Source of the DNA: Candidatus Omnitrophota bacterium
Lineage (GTDB): Bacteria > Omnitrophota > Gorgyraeia > DTHP01
Direction of reading: 5' to 3'
Assembly (NCBI GenBank): GCA_023819145.1
Contig: JAMWCW010000005.1
Location: forward strand, 22,566 to 86,565
DNA: 64,000 bases
The notes under the pieces are model-generated. The model was not told the DNA's origin and searched no databases. It saw nothing but the letters and a program-made list of their open reading frames with translations. Position numbers and translations under genes: made by a program. This document shows positions 59,601 through 64,000 of the stretch, one piece after another (the first letter of the stretch is position 1; each line of letters opens with the position of its first letter).

Positions 59601-61418
59601 CTTTTCATTAACCACAAATCCCGAATCTGTAATTTTTATTTTATTAATCCAAGAATTATGAATATAGATATATTTATCTTTAGGGTTCGCTATAACTTTT
59701 TCGTTTGTTTCTGTGAGACGGACAAAGAAATCCTCTTCTTTTTCCCTATACATAAGATAGACCAAATCATTTTCTCTGTGCAAAAAAGTTTCCTTGATAT
59801 TTTCCTTTGGTTCTATTAAATTGTCCTCAAAAAAAAGATTTCCTTCTTTGTCCAGCCTAAATCCTCGTCCTTCCTGGACTAAATAGCCACCGAAGACCCT
59901 TTCTTTAAGTTTTATTAGGGTGTCTTCTATAAAATATTCTTTTTCTATACCCTTTTTCCCAATATGGAGGTTATAAATGTTTCCTATGATACCATTTTTC
60001 ATAAATTCATCTGCTTGGGAGAAAGAGATAATTTTCTCTTTTACAAGATTTTTTATGCTTAACCAAGATATATTAAGCAGACGGTCAAAAGCTAACCTGC
60101 GGTAATCAACCCCTTTTATTAATTTTTTTTCAATGGTGATATCTTTTTTGACAAAGTGGAATTTTTTATCCTTAAGCTTGTAGAGGTCGTAAGAAAAATC
60201 TATACGATATTCTCCCGCCCTTGCCCAAATTTTGCCATTGGAGGCATCAATAAGATTAGAAACAGAATCAAGAATTAATTTTTTACCTTCGTTTGTATAT
60301 ACAATCTGCACAAATATAAAAGCATAATTTTTACCTTCAAAATTTTTATCTCTGGATTCTAAAAATTCTATTCTGCCTTCCGAATCTATCTTCCATTGCT
60401 TGGCATTAAACAAAAGTTCTCCCTGAGGAGAAAAGATTGCTCCCTGAGAGATAAGGTAGTATTTTTCTGAATTTGTTTTATCAATAAGATAACTTTCAGA
60501 CAAAAATTTTATATCTTCATATATTTCTTCTTGGGGAGGGTATTTCTTAAGATTTAATTTCTCTCTCAGAAAGAAATTTCCTTTATAGTGAAGGAAGTAT
60601 TGAAATTCATCTTTTTTACCTAAAGAATAGAAAGGGATATGTTCTTGAATTTCCCCATCAAGACAGACAATTTTCTGACGCCTTGCATCAAAACTGTGCG
60701 AAACATAGTTCAAGGGATGCCAAACCCCTGTGGTTAAAATTTGATAATCACTCATATAACCGCCGGGCTTTTTCAAGAACATTGGGTTGTAAGCTTCTTG
60801 GTTGCGTGCAAAGAGGAACACTTTACTGCCAAGTTCTTTCTTTGCGTCCAGAATCAAACGAATTTCTTCTTCTACAAGAGATTCTTCCTCGGTGTCACTA
60901 TGGTAAATAAAAGCAAGATGGCTCTTGGGGTTGAGGTTGTTCCGTAAGGCACGAAGTCCTTGGGTTATACAGGCATAGACCTCAGCGTTACTTTTTGCTT
61001 TTTGAGGTATATAGAGGGCAGAGAAGAAATTTGCGGGAATTATCTCTGTTTCTTGAATAAATGGGTCATCTTTAAGATAGAGGGGTTTTCTAAAAAAATA
61101 GAGAAATGTTGAGACCAGTAGATAAGGGATTTCGGAGAATATCTCTTTAAATAATATACTTACTAAGGAAATCGCTAATAATGATGAGCTAAACCAGTGG
61201 AATACGATAAAAGCAAATATAGAAGTAACAAAGAGGGTTAAGAATTCACAGGGCAATAAAAAACAAGTTCTAATGAGGAGGAGACGTTTTAGTCTCTTTT
61301 TCTCAAGGGGTGTTTTTACTTTGATAAATTTAAAGAGCGTAGAGCAGGTTTCCCCTAAAATTATTATAAATTTCCAGGCAATAATTAAAAAAAGTATAAT
61401 AGATATTGCCAAAATCAT
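56598..61418 (-). CDS. Giant (1606-aa) polytopic membrane protein of unknown function with internal beta-rich D-x-E/D-G-N repeats
   Basis: Three N-terminal TMs, ~900 aa extracytoplasmic region with repeated ..D.EGN/KDG.. blocks (aa ~330-800), a ~10-TM region (aa ~1010-1330) and a K-rich ~270-aa C-terminal tail; start 2 nt after the stop of the upstream radical SAM gene. Confidence 0.55.
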   Translation of the reverse strand: MILAISIILFLIIAWKFIIILGETCSTLFKFIKVKTPLEKKRLKRLLLIRTCFLLPCEFLTLFVTSIFAFIVFHWFSSSLLAISLVSILFKEIFSEIPYLLVSTFLYFFRKPLYLKDDPFIQETEIIPANFFSALYIPQKAKSNAEVYACITQGLRALRNNLNPKSHLAFIYHSDTEEESLVEEEIRLILDAKKELGSKVFLFARNQEAYNPMFLKKPGGYMSDYQILTTGVWHPLNYVSHSFDARRQKIVCLDGEIQEHIPFYSLGKKDEFQYFLHYKGNFFLREKLNLKKYPPQEEIYEDIKFLSESYLIDKTNSEKYYLISQGAIFSPQGELLFNAKQWKIDSEGRIEFLESRDKNFEGKNYAFIFVQIVYTNEGKKLILDSVSNLIDASNGKIWARAGEYRIDFSYDLYKLKDKKFHFVKKDITIEKKLIKGVDYRRLAFDRLLNISWLSIKNLVKEKIISFSQADEFMKNGIIGNIYNLHIGKKGIEKEYFIEDTLIKLKERVFGGYLVQEGRGFRLDKEGNLFFEDNLIEPKENIKETFLHRENDLVYLMYREKEEDFFVRLTETNEKVIANPKDKYIYIHNSWINKIKITDSGFVVNEKDGFYLDNEGNIWYIGDVFEKGIAKPLLIAKKDKIKELHKEEIALDYTNYALIKTTLLAEAGGWYKDKENNIRIRKILSLKDYVYFDEKLNALVINPLDGDYLIYPSGSYTVGDVYLWQKESTDDVVVKEKDVLIKNGNLIKEELLAKKEDYIFNKDGEIVLKNGEKLPYGIHLRFKDAQILRDENGNFIPADCGIKIINQTDADDEFQPQTLSYLNSKLIHNLHEEDPYLMLQPEICFANQGQSTFARFHSWAQQMYRFSARAIFSLYGESSAYGKMTKLVDAYVKNILFKEAIPPLARTHDHWEAMHLKTALVYSYPYLKSKNLIENIPPNYISFLKRLEGWLGGDLLLLEYETYFGVFIDFFRMVFSLLKINFSEFKFWLGHIYVRIKYLKEKNEAPSYLAKILRIWLIKRLAFSPLYYCIWLMLIGTISLVIPGILTIKSPAIAWHIFWSVLIILIFLPKAVVPLLERLILFEKKKEKLLIFLLLLLISFYIYKLGNNAFPGNWGKFSAFIISLYVLRRIIIYIMKSIFSLYPGLINRLVSIVIISTIGFFAWLYAPFLLNWMENITSANWVFLFLFQSFPSLAGFLFPLILLLEIVPSQRTVLDILKRGFIETIYSSSILLMNVVHIPFIVISKIWFIIFNPNTSIPWFTTPFVEKILGKKTSLFEVYLRLIATPILSLTFAVIPVFSGLADPSLIFYGWPVFIWSWIIGPMLAWLSGNYGESPSFSSLEFLGMRDRIKLLKKELSNKNKPLEREQIIENILEYNLEINHTLGPRELLRIFLSFLTEMDWEKFPAKNLLEKLTHKEILPENLREYNWETLNELSRARILLKLYKNKKYRIYLPQDKEIKFIKALTALINLMGPKKLGFPPWEELSFNQQKKLIKKIIKRYKISIAEEREIRKLLQFFENSELKKLYKKIMSLRNLSEVIDLVAPEYFYLRKALSEIQNIPYAKLSLYQKDVFLNLLTTRYNLRQKIYTKIIKSSLNLISSPASLVE

Positions 61419-61419
61419 C

Positions 61420-62310
61420 TTAGTCCAGTCGTTTTATCCCTAATGAAAGAGCAATCTCGCGTGCTTCTAAATATTCATCCCTCGTTATTGCTCTGCCTAT
61501 ATGAGGGAAGTGATGTGCTTCTCCACAAGGAGTATATTGGGACATAATGTTTACATAACTCTCAGAAGATATATTTCCAGCAATAAATTTCATAATCTCT
61601 TTTGTTTCTTTCGTTTGATTAGGCATTACCAGGTGTCTAATAAGTAAACCTCGCTGGGCAACACCATTTTCTATAATTAAATTCCCCACTTGGCCATGCA
61701 TTTTTTTAAGAATTTTTTTTAAATTTTCAAAATAATCACTACAGGAGGATAATTCTTGGGATATCTGAGAAGAATAAAATTTTGTATCGGGCATATAGAT
61801 GTCAATGATGCCTTCTAAAATATCGATAACCTCTTCCGATTCGTACCCTCCACAGTTATAAACCAAAGGGATTGTGAGTCCTTCTTCTATGGCAAAAGTT
61901 AAGGCTTCTAAAATCTGTGGAACAAAATGTGTTGGAGTGACCAAATTTATATTATGGCATTCAAGTTTTTGTAAGAAGAGCATAATTTTAGCTAATTCTT
62001 GAGAAGAGATTTCTTTTCCCTCGCCTAAGTGACTTATCTCATAATTCTGGCAGAAGACACACTTAAGGTTGCAGTGTGTAAAAAATATTGTTCCTGAACC
62101 GTGTTCACCTACTAGACATTTTTCTTCACCAAAATGGGGGAAATAAGAAGCGACAGTTGCTTTTTCTCCACCTCCACAGAATCCCTTTTCTCCTTCGGCA
62201 CGTTTAGCTCGACATTTGCGAGGACAAAGTTGACAGGGGGATAACCTTTCTTTTAAATATTCTAATTTCTTCGTTATTTTGTCTCTATTCTTGAGATATA
62301 GAGGGAGCAT
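61420..62310 (-). CDS. PflX-like (COG1313) radical SAM enzyme, pyruvate formate-lyase-activase-related
   Basis: N-terminal CQLCPRKC...GFCG motif, GSGTIFFTHCNLKCVFCQNYEIS radical SAM cluster motif, 296 aa. Confidence 0.7.
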   Translation of the reverse strand: MLPLYLKNRDKITKKLEYLKERLSPCQLCPRKCRAKRAEGEKGFCGGGEKATVASYFPHFGEEKCLVGEHGSGTIFFTHCNLKCVFCQNYEISHLGEGKEISSQELAKIMLFLQKLECHNINLVTPTHFVPQILEALTFAIEEGLTIPLVYNCGGYESEEVIDILEGIIDIYMPDTKFYSSQISQELSSCSDYFENLKKILKKMHGQVGNLIIENGVAQRGLLIRHLVMPNQTKETKEIMKFIAGNISSESYVNIMSQYTPCGEAHHFPHIGRAITRDEYLEAREIALSLGIKRLD

Positions 62311-64000
62311 AAGAAATTTTGAGCTTTTTAGGCTTTAAGTTTTGTTTGAGAAAATTTTTAAAAGACAGAGAAAGAGCAGACTCTAACTTTTGAATAATGA
62401 GAGCCTCCGGAGTGCATTCATAAAAAATACTTTTGAGATTTAAGAAGTTCACCGTATCTCTTTTTATAATATCTAAATACACGAGAATTTCTTTGGGGGT
62501 AACATTTTTATGATATTTATTTATAAATTCATGGATATATTCTACTTTCCGCGCGTAGGATAAAAATACCACCGGTGGTTGTAGAAGAAACATTGTTTTT
62601 TCTGCAACTTCTTTTAATTTTATATAATTTATTTCTTCCTTTGCTATCTTTAGGTGGCTTAACATCTCTTCCAAAGTTTTAGTATATTCTTCTATAGAAT
62701 AAACGCGTAAAGGTTTTTCTCCCATTTCTATACTGTATATTTCACCTGTAAGAAATAAAAGTTCATGAATTAAATAATCATCCATTATTTCTTCCAAATA
62801 TTTTTTGAACGTATTTACTAAAGAAAATATTTTTCCTACAGTTTTTGCTTCTCCTCCTGAGTGGAGGATTGGCCATGCATAATCTATTGCTTTCTGGATG
62901 GGGATATCTTTATTAAAAATTTCGTGAAAGCCATTTTTAATTTCTTGAGAAATCGTAAATAGTTGGGGGATAATTTCTCTTCTGGTGCTACCACGGTTTA
63001 TTTCTTCGCTAAAGTAGTTTAGTATTGAATAATCCTCAAAATCAACTTTTCCCTTTGAAAATATTTTTTTATATAAATCCTCTAACCATCCATAATCTTC
63101 GATATATATTTTTAAGGTATCTTCCACTCCCAATCCTTCCAGAACTTTCCATGTAAGACTCGATGATTTATGAGGAGGAAGTTCTATTTTATAAATAGTT
63201 CTTGCTCTTTCTATAATATCTTTTTGTATTTTTTTTCTATCGTAAAAAGGTTGTGGATGGCATGGGTGTTTAGAGGTATTCTTATTTAATGAAAGAATTA
63301 TTTTTTGTCTTTCGTTAAACGTCTCTTCTTCACCAGAAAAAATATGTCGAAGGAGTTCGGGGATAATTATCCTTCTTGTTTCTTTTAAAATTTCTTCTAA
63401 TTTGGGGTAAATTTCTTGGAGGGTGGTTTTATTCTTAGAGTATTTTTGGAAGAAGATGTTGATAAAACCGTTCTGAAATTTAGCATATCTTTCTATCGCT
63501 TTTTTGAAACCGGATTTTACTTCCTCCGTAGATTTGGATGTTCGGAAGTTAGTAAATTCTTTTACCTCTTCCTCCGAAATTGGTTCATTTAGATTCTCCC
63601 AAAAAATCCTAAAGACATACCTTCGTAAATCTTCCTCTGTATTCGCCATGCGAATCTCTTCGTCAGGGCTGTTTGTACTTAATGCGCCATTTTCCACCAG
63701 AAGTTTTATTTGCCAAGGGCGCATACGGAGGAGGGAATAATTTAGTATAAATTTAAGCAGGGAGAAATCGATATATTTAGAATGTTCTTTATAAAAGCAT
63801 TTTACTAAAAATGTTGCCTTGTCCATCCATAAACGGAATTTTTTTCCGTAAGGAGGAATCTGTCTAAAGAGATGGGTTAACAAACCATATATCTCTAAAT
63901 CAGACGGATTAGTCTTAGAGAGTAGTTTATCACTTTTGAACATAGCATAGAGGTATATAAAATTCCCCATTTCTTTCAGGCTATAGCCTCTTTCTTTCAT
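62285..64000 (-). CDS. Hypothetical soluble protein (>=571 aa; ATG lies exactly at the window edge, true start may be further upstream)
   Basis: Long ORF with no recognisable motif; overlaps the downstream radical SAM gene by 26 nt, suggesting an operon. Confidence 0.5.
   Translation of the reverse strand: MKERGYSLKEMGNFIYLYAMFKSDKLLSKTNPSDLEIYGLLTHLFRQIPPYGKKFRLWMDKATFLVKCFYKEHSKYIDFSLLKFILNYSLLRMRPWQIKLLVENGALSTNSPDEEIRMANTEEDLRRYVFRIFWENLNEPISEEEVKEFTNFRTSKSTEEVKSGFKKAIERYAKFQNGFINIFFQKYSKNKTTLQEIYPKLEEILKETRRIIIPELLRHIFSGEEETFNERQKIILSLNKNTSKHPCHPQPFYDRKKIQKDIIERARTIYKIELPPHKSSSLTWKVLEGLGVEDTLKIYIEDYGWLEDLYKKIFSKGKVDFEDYSILNYFSEEINRGSTRREIIPQLFTISQEIKNGFHEIFNKDIPIQKAIDYAWPILHSGGEAKTVGKIFSLVNTFKKYLEEIMDDYLIHELLFLTGEIYSIEMGEKPLRVYSIEEYTKTLEEMLSHLKIAKEEINYIKLKEVAEKTMFLLQPPVVFLSYARKVEYIHEFINKYHKNVTPKEILVYLDIIKRDTVNFLNLKSIFYECTPEALIIQKLESALSLSFKNFLKQNLKPKKLKISYAPSISQE

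Noticed and set aside
1-64000. CRISPR arrays / rRNA operons
   Set aside because: No regularly spaced direct repeats and no rRNA-like conserved segments were seen while reading the window; only the five tRNAs listed.

Overview
This window is a bacterial chromosomal segment spanning the replication-origin neighbourhood. dnaN is partial at the left edge, followed by dnaA, rpmH, yidD, yidC, parA and parB, with DnaA boxes on both sides of dnaA. Downstream lies a long run of + strand housekeeping genes: ndk, yicC-remA-gmk-rpoZ, split coaC/coaB, a tRNA Cys-Leu-Val cluster, thrS-infC-rpmI-rplT, a trkA-trkA-trkH potassium-uptake module, and pheST. A PpiD-like chaperone sits on the minus strand. It is followed by a minimal V-type ATPase operon with the gene order E-hypothetical-A-B-D-I-K, which is the chlamydial/spirochaetal arrangement.

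After tRNA-Val(TAC) and tRNA-Asp(GTC) the sequence becomes accessory in character:
- an intact IS1595-family element with perfect 15-bp terminal inverted repeats
- a frameshifted periplasmic-sensor histidine kinase with a single-domain response regulator
- a decayed FlaI/TadA-type secretion ATPase pseudogene
- a lower-GC island of three signal-peptide proteins of unknown function, two of them behind perfect consensus sigma70 promoters; one protein carries a C-terminal CheD-like Cys/His deamidase domain

The remainder holds:
- mutS-mutL, followed by a SagB-type dehydrogenase and a flavin reductase
- a uridine-kinase domain fused to a large unknown N-terminal region
- a SAM hydroxide adenosyltransferase and an alpha/beta hydrolase
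- a radical-SAM DNA modification/repair-type protein translationally coupled to a Hel308/Ski2-like helicase
- pgeF, a beta-CASP MBL-fold nuclease, dtd, a sugar-phosphate isomerase and a rhomboid protease
- a minus-strand operon of a hypothetical protein, a PflX-like radical SAM enzyme, and a giant 1606-aa polytopic membrane protein with internal beta-rich repeats

No CRISPR array or rRNA was seen. The lineage cannot be assigned from sequence alone, but the low GC content and the V-ATPase gene order suggest an uncultivated PVC-superphylum (Planctomycetota-Verrucomicrobiota-Chlamydiota) or spirochaete-like bacterium.
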